Source of the DNA: Promethearchaeota archaeon
Lineage (GTDB): Archaea > Asgardarchaeota > Hermodarchaeia > Hermodarchaeales > Hermodarchaeaceae
DNA: 64,000 bases
Direction: 5' to 3'
Assembly: GCA_048938385.1 (NCBI GenBank)
Contig: JBHLMG010000003.1
Coordinates: 21,090-85,089, forward strand
The stretch's first letter is position 1; each line of letters begins with the position of its first letter. The position numbers and the translations under genes were made by a program. This document shows, in pieces, positions 30,194 through 40,665 of this stretch. The notes under the pieces are model-generated. The model made no database searches. It was not told where the DNA came from and saw only the letters and a program-made list of their open reading frames with translations.

Positions 30194-31411
30194 TTACTCG
30201 AGTGCTTCTTCAACGAATTGAATCAGATCAACCATTTTAAGTTTAGATTCGGTCTTCTCTATTGCTAGTTGCAGGCTTGTCTCACAGAAGGGACATGCAC
30301 TGACAAGATGGGTAGCTCCGGTTTCTTCGGCTTCTTTGATGCGCTCAATGGAAGTATCAAGTGTCCAATCTGGGAACTGAGCACGGGCGCCACCTCCGGC
30401 TCCACAGCACCAGCTGTTCTCGCGATTTCGAGGCATTTCAATGAAGTTATCGCCGAGAAGCGTTTCGAGAATGGTTCGGGGCACTTCAAACCAAGCGGCT
30501 TTTTCTTTACGGTTCTTAATGAGTTCACCGACATGGCGACCATAGTGGCAGGGGTCATGATAGGTAGCTTTGATGCCCTTCAGGGGTTTCAGCTTGGCTC
30601 TACCAGCTTCGAGTAGTTCAGCAACATAGTTGACGCTGTGCTTAACTTCAAAGGGCAAGGGACCGTAGTATTTTGGCCAGTCCCGTTTCATTGTCCGGAA
30701 GCAACCCGCACACGATGAGACGACAATCTTTGCTCCCGCATCCTTGAACATCTCAACATTATGCTTCACGTAATCCTTGACTAAATCTAGCTTACCGACA
30801 CGGATTAATGGAGAACAGCAACAATACTCATCTGGTTTGACTGTGACATCTGCTCCAAGTTTCTTCATTACATTTAGCGTCGATACGGCGAGTTCTTGAA
30901 GACGATATGAAGCTGTACAGCCAACAAAATATACGACATCGCCCTTCTCCTTTAAGGTGAACTCCTTTGGTATCCAATCGGTCCGACAAGCGTGTTCTTC
31001 GTTGTATGGATTCCGTTTTACCTCTGTCGCCTTAGAATAACCAATCTGTTTGTCGAGGGGACCAACACCAGCTTTTACGGCTTCTGCACGCATCGCCTCG
31101 ATGATATCGACAGTGGGTAACTCGTTTTCGCATTGTGATTCGCAATTTCCACAAGTTGAGCAGCGGTAGAGAAGGTCAGCTGCGTCTTTATTGATTTTGT
31201 AGTTGCCATTAAGGATGGCACGCGCGAGCCACATTTTCGCGCCACCACTATAAGCTTCCCATTCCATGGCCTCCCAGGCGGGGCATCCGGTTTTGAAGCC
31301 ACCTTTAGGGTTAGCAGCGTCAGCAATGGTGCAAGCTTTACAATGGATACACCGGGCAATTTCGAGTTCGAAATCCTTAAGGTCTGTTTTCGGTTTCTCG
31401 GGTTCAGTCAT
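30194..31411 (-). CDS. Fe-S oxidoreductase, HdrD/GlcF-like (ferredoxin motifs plus two CCG domains)
   Basis: CxxCxxC motifs, YFVGC, CCCSP, YHDPCH, CCGAGGG, ACPFC. Confidence 0.9.
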   Translation of the reverse strand: MTEPEKPKTDLKDFELEIARCIHCKACTIADAANPKGGFKTGCPAWEAMEWEAYSGGAKMWLARAILNGNYKINKDAADLLYRCSTCGNCESQCENELPTVDIIEAMRAEAVKAGVGPLDKQIGYSKATEVKRNPYNEEHACRTDWIPKEFTLKEKGDVVYFVGCTASYRLQELAVSTLNVMKKLGADVTVKPDEYCCCSPLIRVGKLDLVKDYVKHNVEMFKDAGAKIVVSSCAGCFRTMKRDWPKYYGPLPFEVKHSVNYVAELLEAGRAKLKPLKGIKATYHDPCHYGRHVGELIKNRKEKAAWFEVPRTILETLLGDNFIEMPRNRENSWCCGAGGGARAQFPDWTLDTSIERIKEAEETGATHLVSACPFCETSLQLAIEKTESKLKMVDLIQFVEEALE

Positions 31412-31524
31412 TGACCAAAATCCTCCAATGGGTGCAGGCGTATTCTTGGTCTTCAGAGACGCTAATGCCTTTTACCCTTTGCCTTTTTTCAAAAAATTCT
31501 CTGCGACTAATTGTATTTCCAGAG

Positions 31525-31827
31525 TTATTTTGTATTTTCTGGATGGAAGAGTCGGCTGAATCCAGGATAGGCTTTGAGGGGAATGAGATCGAAAATAATG
31601 AGTCCCGCTTTTACGAAGGGTAACTTGCTTAGGTGTTTTCGTGCAGTTGGGATGTCTTCGCATTCGAGGATCAACACGGCTTCTTGGCGATCGGCACGAA
31701 AATAGAGTTCTCGGATAATTCCGGCTTGATAAAGCTCCCAGATCTTTCGGACTTCTGTTTGAAGATGAGGAGTAAAGGCTTCAGCTTCAATCCCTGGGAT
31801 TTCTCTTTCTAATGCAATTATCTTCAT
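31525..31827 (-). CDS. small dimeric alpha/beta-barrel protein (muconolactone isomerase-like)
   Basis: MKIIALE...WELYQAGIIRELYF...AVLILEC...LPFVKAGLI.F.LIPL. Confidence 0.75.
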   Translation of the reverse strand: MKIIALEREIPGIEAEAFTPHLQTEVRKIWELYQAGIIRELYFRADRQEAVLILECEDIPTARKHLSKLPFVKAGLIIFDLIPLKAYPGFSRLFHPENTK

Positions 31828-32002
31828 ACAATCACATCGTTCTTGGTTAGTCGCTGCTAAAAGCTTGTTATCGCACAGGTTTACCCATAGTTGTAGGCTT
31901 AGCAGGGATAAGAGATTTCTGGACTCAATTTGCATACTTGCATAGAACTAATCTCTTGTGGGTTGTTCTGTACTTTTTTCTTCTTAGAACTTTCTTGTGC
32001 TC

Positions 32003-32482
32003 CTAGTACCATCCAGTGTGGGCGCCACAGGTGTGGCAATATTGGTCCCATCGGTCTAAGTCCACGCCACAATTAACGCATTTCTTGGTACGGGCTGTTG
32101 TAACGGGCATAGCATATAGCGGTCGGTACTGTGGTGGGGGATTATACATGTGTTGTTGATAACCTACTCGCATCCGGCGGTAAGGGTCAAAATCAGCCGT
32201 GAGCGCTCCCGCTATAATGAGGCACACTCCGCCAATATAAAAGATGAAAATTAAGCTGAAAACACCGGAGATGATGAGCAGTGTCCCTGCTGGGCCATGC
32301 TTCCCTCGGCTAATGTCACGGTACGCAACGATTGGCAAGATGAAACCTAACAGGATCCAGATGGCACCAAAGAACATTAAGAAGGGGGCGAAAATGATTA
32401 GCATACCCATGAAGAACAGGACGAATACATTGTAGACGGTTCCAATGATTGTTAAGGCTCGCGCCGTATCCACGGTTCCCAT
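32003..32482 (-). CDS. membrane protein with C-terminal zinc ribbon
   Basis: Four TM segments then CVNCG...CHTCG. Confidence 0.75.
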   Translation of the reverse strand: MGTVDTARALTIIGTVYNVFVLFFMGMLIIFAPFLMFFGAIWILLGFILPIVAYRDISRGKHGPAGTLLIISGVFSLIFIFYIGGVCLIIAGALTADFDPYRRMRVGYQQHMYNPPPQYRPLYAMPVTTARTKKCVNCGVDLDRWDQYCHTCGAHTGWY

Positions 32483-32595
32483 TTTAATCTTAAACCAAAC
32501 CTCTGCTAGGACAGAATTTGTCCGAGTACTAGCGCTTAGGACGCGTTGATAAATCTTTGGAAACTGACACTACCAAAAGCCAGAGCTAGTAGAGT

Positions 32596-34065
32596 TTACA
32601 CACCAAGTCGCCCGGGATGCATAATGCGGTTGGGGTCCCATAGGTCCTTGAGCTCTTTGAGCATCTTAACATACTCGGGCATCAAAGGCTTCATTGCAGG
32701 CCAATGGATGAAAGCGTTTGGTCGATAATTCATCCATCCTTTCTTATGTGCAATCTCAGTGAAGTATTTGTCCCAGGCCTCCGCCTGCTCATAACCTTTC
32801 TCAGTGCGGCTATCAAAGGTGATGATCGGCATTGAAATGCACTGGCGACCATGCTCGATACTGGCTATCCATTGCACTGGTGGAATGTCGAATTTCTCCA
32901 TGGTTTCAACGGATATGCGAGAGATTTCAGCGCAGTCCTTCCATGGGCAATACCAAGTGATAAACACGAAGCCTGCTCGATGCATGGCGTAGGGCACTGC
33001 AATTAGATTGGGCTTTGTAAGTCTTACTTCCTTTGCCCGCGGGTGAAGCTCCATCGTTTCAGCTTTGCCTCCCGCCTCCCGGATTATCTTAGCTTCATCC
33101 TCGATGATTTCGATTTGAGCCTGCATTTCCTTTTCTGTGTGAGCCCAGAGTTCATAGTTCATGAGCCATTCTGGGATGTAGTATTTTTGTTTACGCCATT
33201 CTTCGAGGGTTTTAGGAACCTCCCGTTCGTCTCTACGGCTGGGAACTAACCACCAGTTACCCCCCTGCACCATGACTCCGACTTCCTTTTTGAGAACAGC
33301 CATAGAATGATTCTGCATATCCTCTGGAGTGTCATAATCGTAAGCAACCAAATCGATGTAAGGTGGATGGGGGATGATCCGGATCGCCGCTTTAGTGACG
33401 ACTCCCATAGTGCCTTGAGCACCAAGGAAAAGACCAGTAAAATCGGGTCCAGGTCCCCAGGGATAAAAGGGTTTGAAGCCTTTCAGTGCCCAACTCCCAG
33501 TGTAGATAATGTCGCCCCGAGGAAGGATAACTTCTAAACCGTTAATCATCCGTCCTTGGGGTCCGTATTTGCTGGTAACCAAGCTAAACCCGCGTTCTAA
33601 GGCGTCTCCGATAAGAGTGGCTCGGGGTGGGGCACCGTCAGGAACGGGAGGTGCCCACTCGGGATGTTCTTTGCGGAAGTAAGCCCAGACCTGTCCGGCG
33701 GTGACGCCGGGCTCAACGACTACATAGCGGGCATCGATATCAACTTCGAGAATATTGTTCAAGCGGACCATATCTAAAATGATGCCCTTGGGTTCAAGGG
33801 GCTGTGCATATCCACCACTTAAGCCTCCGGAATACGGGCTAACGGGAATCTTGTATTTGTTACATAGTTTGACTATAGTTTGGGTTTCTTTTGTATTGCC
33901 AGGCTTAACGATAGCCTCAGCGACAGCCGCACGAATGCCCATAACGGATCTAGCCATGTAGCTGTGCCGCATAGCAAGGTTCGTGGTAATGTGATCAGAA
34001 CCAACTATCTTTGTGGCTTCCTCAACGAATTTTTCAATATTACCAGCCAAACTGGACGCCTCCAA
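32596..34065 (-). CDS. FAD-binding oxidoreductase (GlcD/VAO-PCMH family)
   Basis: VEPGVT, GAQGTMGVVT, C-terminal DPNRIMHPG. Confidence 0.9.
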   Translation of the reverse strand: MEASSLAGNIEKFVEEATKIVGSDHITTNLAMRHSYMARSVMGIRAAVAEAIVKPGNTKETQTIVKLCNKYKIPVSPYSGGLSGGYAQPLEPKGIILDMVRLNNILEVDIDARYVVVEPGVTAGQVWAYFRKEHPEWAPPVPDGAPPRATLIGDALERGFSLVTSKYGPQGRMINGLEVILPRGDIIYTGSWALKGFKPFYPWGPGPDFTGLFLGAQGTMGVVTKAAIRIIPHPPYIDLVAYDYDTPEDMQNHSMAVLKKEVGVMVQGGNWWLVPSRRDEREVPKTLEEWRKQKYYIPEWLMNYELWAHTEKEMQAQIEIIEDEAKIIREAGGKAETMELHPRAKEVRLTKPNLIAVPYAMHRAGFVFITWYCPWKDCAEISRISVETMEKFDIPPVQWIASIEHGRQCISMPIITFDSRTEKGYEQAEAWDKYFTEIAHKKGWMNYRPNAFIHWPAMKPLMPEYVKMLKELKDLWDPNRIMHPGRLGV

Positions 34066-34118
34066 TGAAACGAATCGTTTATCGTAAGCACCACAACGTG
34101 ACCGCCACTACATAAGCC

Positions 34119-34433
34119 TTACAGATGGTTAAATTCCTTAACATAACTCATTTTGAGGAAATCTATTCGATCCGTAGAAGATCGGTGGAATTCATCAATT
34201 TGCGACTCCAAGGGGAGAGCTTCTAGGTCCTCATCGGAAGGTTTAGTGAGATTGCTTGGAAACAAATCAGAGTTTTGTGCAAGGTCTTTGAATGAAAGGC
34301 GAAACTGGTCGGCTAATTCTGCCTCCTTACATTTAATGGGATCCGGGTGCAGGAAGCTGTCGCACTCTGGAAAGCGGTAACCCTTACTAGGTTGAACATG
34401 TTTTCCACAGCTGGGGCAATTGATTGGTTCTAA
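34119..34433 (-). pseudogene. zinc-ribbon ORF lacking a canonical start codon
   Basis: Open frame LEPINCPSCGKHV...FPECD...NHL* of 105 codons. GGAGG lies just before a TTA codon; no in-frame ATG/GTG/TTG upstream. Confidence 0.4.
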
Positions 34434-34602
34434 AGAAGCCCTCCAACAAAGAAACTCAAGGAAATTAACGCCGATAAGGATTCATTTTTTGTGAAGTATT
34501 TTGTAAGGGGTTTCCATTAGGGCTCTTTCTCCCCAACGAGGACTTCTTGGATGGGTAAAGTAGAAAGAGACCCCAAGATTAGCATTAATCAAAGAACTCA
34601 AG

Positions 34603-35046
34603 TTATCTTAAGAAAACCAAAAATTGCCACCTATTATAAAGGATCCAACTATTTCCTGTTATCACACCTGCTCGGAGAGAAACATGATTTGTAATGTTCC
34701 AGTGGTACTCGATAAACAAAACCGCTATAGGAATAAAACCACCGTAGTGCAGAGTCAGGTTTTCCTTCTGCCCATCGTTAAAGGTAATTAGGAAATGAGC
34801 TGTACTAGGTGCATCTGTGAGATTACCATAATCATAGGTGGAACCAAGGAAAGTAAAATTTACCGAATGGAATATTACCGAATAGGATTGGTTTTCGTTT
34901 GTTCCGAAGGGTGCACTGATAAAGCATAATCCTCCTAACGCAGGGATCCAAACAATTCCAAGCAATTGTCCACTGATTAGACCTAGTATAAGAACTATTG
35001 CTACAACAAGAAGCAATATCTTTGTTAATGACCGCTTCCCAATCAT
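34603..35046 (-). CDS. hypothetical membrane-anchored protein
   Basis: N-terminal TM followed by a beta-rich domain; GGGGA RBS. Confidence 0.6.
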   Translation of the reverse strand: MIGKRSLTKILLLVVAIVLILGLISGQLLGIVWIPALGGLCFISAPFGTNENQSYSVIFHSVNFTFLGSTYDYGNLTDAPSTAHFLITFNDGQKENLTLHYGGFIPIAVLFIEYHWNITNHVSLRAGVITGNSWILYNRWQFLVFLR

Positions 35047-35379
35047 ACTGGTTCCCCTAATCTGTAATGTTGTGCTAACGACTTTTTCAAACAGCTATAT
35101 AGCTATTTTTTTTAAGGAAATCTACTCAGCTTTTTAGGTTAAATGAAGTGATTCCCTCCTTTGACAACTTATTTTGGTGTAGTGAGGAGCCAATCATGTA
35201 TAAGTCATCTTTCTAGCACTTTTCATGGGGGGGACGATTACCAAAATTCTGAGTTTTCATTTTTTTCTGAATTCTAGTTGCTTGGACCAACGGCAGGATG
35301 TACTTAACCGTATCGACTTATGTTAGGTATTTTCATCATAACGATTACACTCGTTGCGGAAAACCATTCTAGAAAAAGA

Positions 35380-36129
35380 CTATCTGGAGCCTTGGTAGCG
35401 TCGTCGAAGAATGATACCTACACCTAATGCACAGGCTAAAGCTATACCAAGTGCGACCAAGGGGAGGTAAGGTCCCAAATCGAATATAGGGAATCCAGGG
35501 TTCGTTCCCGGTGTCGGTGTGATGTCAATAGAATCACTCACTGTAATGTTATCAAGTCCCTCACCAGGTCCTGAGAGTAGATGAAAGTAGAGGGAAGTTG
35601 GAATCCGATTATCCACTGTTTCAATCCGCAATGTATCATTAATGTATACGCGGATAAGCCCGGCATCATCCCGGGTTATGTCGACATGTTGCCACCCTGC
35701 CATTATGAATGGTGGGAAATAGTCACCAATACAATCGTCATAGTTATCCAACCAGTACATGAGTTCAAACCCGTTACGACTGACTTTCAGGTCGTACCCA
35801 GTAATGGGGTAGAATATGAAGGATTCACAAAAGAAACAGACATGCACTCCGCTTGATCCTGAATTAATGATGAGGAGGTCAAAACTCCAGGTCCCCACTG
35901 TGACCGTACTTGGACGGTGGATGGTGCTCGAATACTGAGTGGAAATGAGGTTGTTCTCTGCGCACGAAAAGCTGCCGTAGGTTACGGTCCAGCCATCGTA
36001 ATTTCCATCATCGAAGGTATCCGCCCAAACAAGTGTTGCTGAAGCTGAATCCTTGATTAGTACTAATGAGAGAAGGAGGAGGATGCTAGTTAGTGTGAAG
36101 AAGGTGGAGCTATTTCGGAATCGACTCAC
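35380..36129 (-). CDS. secreted beta-sandwich (ConA/LamG-like) protein with C-terminal TM anchor
   Basis: Signal peptide, WADTFDDGNYDGW, GWQHVDITRD..IRVYIND, Pro/Thr linker, TM followed by RRRY. Confidence 0.75.
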   Translation of the reverse strand: MSRFRNSSTFFTLTSILLLLSLVLIKDSASATLVWADTFDDGNYDGWTVTYGSFSCAENNLISTQYSSTIHRPSTVTVGTWSFDLLIINSGSSGVHVCFFCESFIFYPITGYDLKVSRNGFELMYWLDNYDDCIGDYFPPFIMAGWQHVDITRDDAGLIRVYINDTLRIETVDNRIPTSLYFHLLSGPGEGLDNITVSDSIDITPTPGTNPGFPIFDLGPYLPLVALGIALACALGVGIILRRRYQGSR

Positions 36130-36497
36130 CTTGAAAACTCCTAAAATTATACTGAGTTAGGTTAAGTTAAATTCCTTATGAAACCGGAAAATGAATGGCT
36201 TCTCTTTTTTGTAAAAATGCTTGAGGCCAAATTTGCCACAAGGTTTCGGAAAGTGATGGGTAGAAGTTATTGAGTCAGGTTAGTCCTGGGTAATCGACTC
36301 TTTGAAGTTCTTGTTAAGGCTAACCTACAAGTTCGTATAGTTTCCCTATGCCAAATAATACCACTTCAAAGGTTAAAGAAATTCACAACTTTGTCAACGC
36401 ATTTTTTCTTCATTAGTGAGACAACGGGAACAGTATAAAAGGCTAAAGTATGCCATAAAATGAGTTCTCAGAAAACCACGATGCATCGGGTGACGCT

Positions 36498-38816
36498 ATG
36501 GGATTCTTCTCCACTTTCTTGGGATTGCAGCTCCACGAGCAACTGATGATTTTCGTTGTTATTATTGCAGCCATCATCAGTCTGATTTACGCGCTATGGC
36601 TCCGTAGCGATGTCCTTAAAGCAGACAAAGGCACTAAGAAAATGCAAGAAGTGTGGAACGCCATCAGAGAAGGCGCAAACGCCTACCTTCGTAGCCAACT
36701 CAAAACCATCCTTCCAATTATCGGCCTCCTCACCTTGGTTCTCTTTGCCTCTGTCTATATCGTTCCTCCTAGCCTCGAAGCTCAACATGTCTTCACCGGC
36801 TATCCACCACAGACCATCTCCCTTATCATCGCTAGCGGGCGTGCTGTAGCCTTCATCATGGGTGCTCTTTTCTCTCTCACCGTCGGTCAGCTCGGGATGC
36901 GGATTGCCATCGAATCCAATATCCGTGTAGCCTCCGCTTCCACCCGCAGCTATCGCGAAGCTCTCAAAGTTGCTTATCACGGTGGTACTTTTACGGGTAT
37001 GCTTACTGATGGTCTCGGGCTCATGGGTGGCACTCTTATCTTCATGGTCTTCGGCATAAGCGCTCCCGACGCCCTACTCGGCTTTGGATTTGGTGGCACA
37101 ATCCTCGCCCTCTTCATGCGAATTGGTGGTGGAATTTACACTAAAGCTGCAGATGTTGGTGCCGATCTCGTCGGTAAAGTAGAAGCGGACCTCCCTGAAG
37201 ATGATCCTCGCAACGCCGCAGTCATTGCCGATCTCGTTGGTGATAATGTGGGAGATTGTGCTGGTATGGCGGCTGACATCTTCGAATCTTACGAAGTCAC
37301 TATTGTTTCTTCTTTGATTCTTGGGATCGCACTCTATATTGCTAGTGGCTATACCCAAATCTTCTGGGTCGTTTTCCCTTTAGTCGTCCGTGCCATTGGC
37401 GTCATTAGCAGCATCATAGGCACCTTTATGGTTGCTGTCTGGAAAACCGAGAAAGCCGAAAAAGCCATGTTTTACAGTTATGAAGTTAGTAGTGCCGTCA
37501 CGATCATTACCAGTTGCATCCTCGCTTTCATTTACACTGGTGATGTCCGCCTGGGCGTCCTCGTCGCGGTGGGCGTTCTCCTTGCTGTCAGCTTCAACCC
37601 TCTCACAAACTATTTCACTAGTCATCGCCATCGTCCTGTAGAAGAAATTGTCAACCAGGCCCACGGTGGTCCCGCTACTATAGTTCTCAGTGGCATCAGC
37701 ACCGGCTACGAAGCCGCTGTTTGGACGCTCATCGTCATTGTCGCCACATTCATCTTCGCCTACCTCATCGCCCCTCAATATGTCCTCTTCGGGATCGCTC
37801 TCATCGGTATTGGCATGTTAAGTCATACCGGCAACAATGTAGCAATGGACAGTTATGGGCCTATTGCCGATAATGCGGGTGGAATCGGGGAACTAGCGGA
37901 GATGCCTACGAATGCCCGGAAGATCCTAGCAGATCTAGATGCTGTTGGGAATACCACCAAGGCGATCACGAAGAATGTGGCCATAGCCTCCGCGGTTATT
38001 GCGGCAAGTGCTCTCTTCTACAGCTTCGTTGTTGATGTGGGACGCGCCGCGGCAGCCGCAGGGGTCCCAAATCCCCTTGCTTTAGGAATTCGAATTGACA
38101 ATCCGTTGGTGCTCTCAGGGCTTCTATTAGGGGCTGCGTTACCTTGGTTGTTCTCTGCCCTAGCGATTCGCTCTGTAAGCCGTGCCTCAGGTCAGATAAT
38201 CACAGAGGTTCGAACGCAGCTAAAGATTCCAGGTGTAATGGAAGGAAAAACGAAGCCCAACTATGACCGAGTCGTCTCTATTACGACAGCCGCTGCGCAA
38301 AAAGAGTTGGTTAGCTTGACGGTATTAGCCGTAACCACACCAATCGTGATAGGTCTGCTACTCCAAGTGGAAGCCTTAGGTGGCTTCTTGTCTGGCTTAA
38401 TTGCCTCTGGCCTGTTATTAGCGGTGTATATGTCTGTTGCTGGGGGCGCGTGGGATAACGCTAAAAAGTATATCGAAGATGAAGTATGTGCCCCCGAGGA
38501 AAATACTGGAAAAGGGTCCGACCGACATAAAGCCGCCGTGTGCGGTGACACCATCGGTGACCCCCTCAAGGACACGGCAGGTCCTGCGTTGAACCCCATG
38601 ATCAAGGTTGTGAACCTAGTCAGCCTAATTGTAGCACCGATTCTGATCTCCTGGCGGTTCAGCAACTTCCTATTCCCGGCGTTTGACATCAACCTTTTCA
38701 TCGTCAACCTAGCTTTGGCGCTGTTCGTCCTTCTCCTCGTATCTTTATTGATCTGGGCGTTCCGTCGTAGTCGACGCGGTTTGAAACCTATTGCCGAATG
38801 GGAAAGCAGAGATTAG
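36498..38816 (+). CDS. hppA: membrane-integral pyrophosphatase (H+-PPase, K+-independent signature)
   Basis: GGGIYTKAADVGADLVGKVE, DDPRN, DNVGDCAG, GNTTKA, GGAWDNAKK, GDTIGDPLKDTAGP. Confidence 0.96.
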   Translation: MGFFSTFLGLQLHEQLMIFVVIIAAIISLIYALWLRSDVLKADKGTKKMQEVWNAIREGANAYLRSQLKTILPIIGLLTLVLFASVYIVPPSLEAQHVFTGYPPQTISLIIASGRAVAFIMGALFSLTVGQLGMRIAIESNIRVASASTRSYREALKVAYHGGTFTGMLTDGLGLMGGTLIFMVFGISAPDALLGFGFGGTILALFMRIGGGIYTKAADVGADLVGKVEADLPEDDPRNAAVIADLVGDNVGDCAGMAADIFESYEVTIVSSLILGIALYIASGYTQIFWVVFPLVVRAIGVISSIIGTFMVAVWKTEKAEKAMFYSYEVSSAVTIITSCILAFIYTGDVRLGVLVAVGVLLAVSFNPLTNYFTSHRHRPVEEIVNQAHGGPATIVLSGISTGYEAAVWTLIVIVATFIFAYLIAPQYVLFGIALIGIGMLSHTGNNVAMDSYGPIADNAGGIGELAEMPTNARKILADLDAVGNTTKAITKNVAIASAVIAASALFYSFVVDVGRAAAAAGVPNPLALGIRIDNPLVLSGLLLGAALPWLFSALAIRSVSRASGQIITEVRTQLKIPGVMEGKTKPNYDRVVSITTAAAQKELVSLTVLAVTTPIVIGLLLQVEALGGFLSGLIASGLLLAVYMSVAGGAWDNAKKYIEDEVCAPEENTGKGSDRHKAAVCGDTIGDPLKDTAGPALNPMIKVVNLVSLIVAPILISWRFSNFLFPAFDINLFIVNLALALFVLLLVSLLIWAFRRSRRGLKPIAEWESRD

Positions 38817-38977
38817 TACATTCCTGCTTGAAAAGCCAATAGTAGTTGACTTGATTACTCAGTGTGCGGCTCGTTACTGCCATGGTTTCAGCTTTTCAGA
38901 GCGCTCTCCTCTCATCACTTCATTCAGGTCCTACAAAGGCAAAGTTTTCTAAGGTTTGGGTGACCTATTACTAATGG

Positions 38978-39445
38978 GTGACTAAATTGGGTAAGAGATG
39001 GTCAGAAGCAGACTTTTTCAAGAGAGTTTATGAGTTGTGGCCAGACACTATTGAAGACATCGAACAATATATGTCAAAATATCAAGACATGACTGATGAT
39101 GATCGAAAAAAAGGTATGAAGGAGTTGGCGAAAAAAACCTGGAAATTCATTGGAGGAATCGATCTACTAGTTCCTGTCCTCAACAAACACTACAGAGAAA
39201 CCGCTACTTTGTTAGAAAAACAAAAATCTGGACGCAATACCGACACTGAGGGAAGGTGGGAAGGAGTGAGTGGAATCCTGCTCAGTGCCTTCGCTTCCTT
39301 AAATCTCCTGGATTACCAACGACTTACTTCAAACAAAGAGTGCAAAACGGCTCTTAAATCCTCGCAGTCAACAAAAGATGTGACAGATTTGAAACCACTG
39401 ATTGATCTTATAAAAAGGGATCTTAAGCGGGGACCTCCAAAATAA
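38978..39445 (+). CDS. hypothetical helical protein
   Basis: 155-aa ORF with GGTGA RBS. Confidence 0.6.
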   Translation: MTKLGKRWSEADFFKRVYELWPDTIEDIEQYMSKYQDMTDDDRKKGMKELAKKTWKFIGGIDLLVPVLNKHYRETATLLEKQKSGRNTDTEGRWEGVSGILLSAFASLNLLDYQRLTSNKECKTALKSSQSTKDVTDLKPLIDLIKRDLKRGPPK

Positions 39446-39586
39446 AAAAGAAATCTGCTCGACCCCCGATTCTGATTAGATACTAAATGTTGAGGGGAAA
39501 CTCGTTTCATTAAAAATCCTGAAAATGAGCACTTGAGGTTGGACTTTCTAATGTGGCTTTTGAATTTGGAATGAAACCGGATGGGA

Positions 39587-39880
39587 TTATTCTTTTCGGA
39601 TACCGAGTTCATGGACTATCTGAGTTTTGTGTTTCTGCACAGTATTGGGGGATACTCCGGTAACCCAACCAACTTCAGAAAGGGTTCGTGGTTCTTCTTC
39701 CAGGATGCCAGCGATGTAGAGCGTAGCGGCGATAATTGCTTTTACTTTTTTTCTAGGCGAAAAGCTTGTGCTGGTAGTTTTCACGAAGATTTGTATAGCT
39801 CGCTTTTGTGTGGTGTGCGGCAAGTTCAGTTTGATTGCATATGCAGTTATTGCTAATTCAGTAGATTCAGGTTGCGGCAT
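39587..39880 (-). CDS. stand-alone TFB/TFIIB C-terminal cyclin-like repeat
   Basis: IIAATLYIA...PRTLSEV...GVSPNTV matches the second cyclin repeat/HTH of archaeal TFB. Confidence 0.65.
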   Translation of the reverse strand: MPQPESTELAITAYAIKLNLPHTTQKRAIQIFVKTTSTSFSPRKKVKAIIAATLYIAGILEEEPRTLSEVGWVTGVSPNTVQKHKTQIVHELGIRKE

Positions 39881-39999
39881 TTTGACCCAATGTGAGGCGG
39901 TTTTTTAGGCTTTTAAGAGCAATTATTTCGAGTTCATCAGGCTGAGACTTATGGCTTGGTTGGTAAGAGATATAACTTGAACTGCACTGAAGAGCAGAT

Positions 40000-40638
40000 A
40001 TGGATGAGTTCCATAAGGCTCGGTTAGCATGGGACAAACAGTTCGAAAGGGGGTATTTTCTCCACGAGCCAATTCAGCGGGAAATGCCAAGGATAACCCA
40101 ACACCTCAGAATCCAGGGAGTCCACCGGGTTTTAGATTTGGGATGTGGAAGTGGCCGACACACGGCTTATTTGGCTAAAGAAGGCTTTGCTGTTTTTGCC
40201 TTAGATATCGCTCCATCTGGACTTAGCGCTACTCTCCGAAAACTAGCTACTGAACGACTTACCGGTTATGTATTGCTTGCAGATATTCGACAACTACCCT
40301 TTGGTGCTGAACTCTTCGATGCTATCATCAGTGTGAGAGTGATTCACCACAATCGTATTGCGTTAATTCACCAAACAGTTGAAGAAATGTGGCGTGTGCT
40401 TACACCACATGGGTTAGTGTGGGTTACTGTCCCCGTTCCTAAAGGGCATGGATCTAAGCATGGATTGGAAATTGAACCGGGCACCTGGGTACCACATCAT
40501 GGAATCGAAAAGGGACTCCCGCATCATCTGTTCACTGAGGATGAATTGAAAGAATTGTTCCACCGCTTCTCAATTCTACAACTTCGCGTATTTGAAACAA
40601 GTCATTATTCACTAATTGCCCAAAAACCATCAGAATGA
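40000..40638 (+). CDS. class I SAM-dependent methyltransferase
   Basis: VLDLGCGSGRH, FDAIIS..VIHH. Confidence 0.9.
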   Translation: MDEFHKARLAWDKQFERGYFLHEPIQREMPRITQHLRIQGVHRVLDLGCGSGRHTAYLAKEGFAVFALDIAPSGLSATLRKLATERLTGYVLLADIRQLPFGAELFDAIISVRVIHHNRIALIHQTVEEMWRVLTPHGLVWVTVPVPKGHGSKHGLEIEPGTWVPHHGIEKGLPHHLFTEDELKELFHRFSILQLRVFETSHYSLIAQKPSE

Positions 40639-40665
40639 CGCTTCAATCACAATCCAATGTTGACA

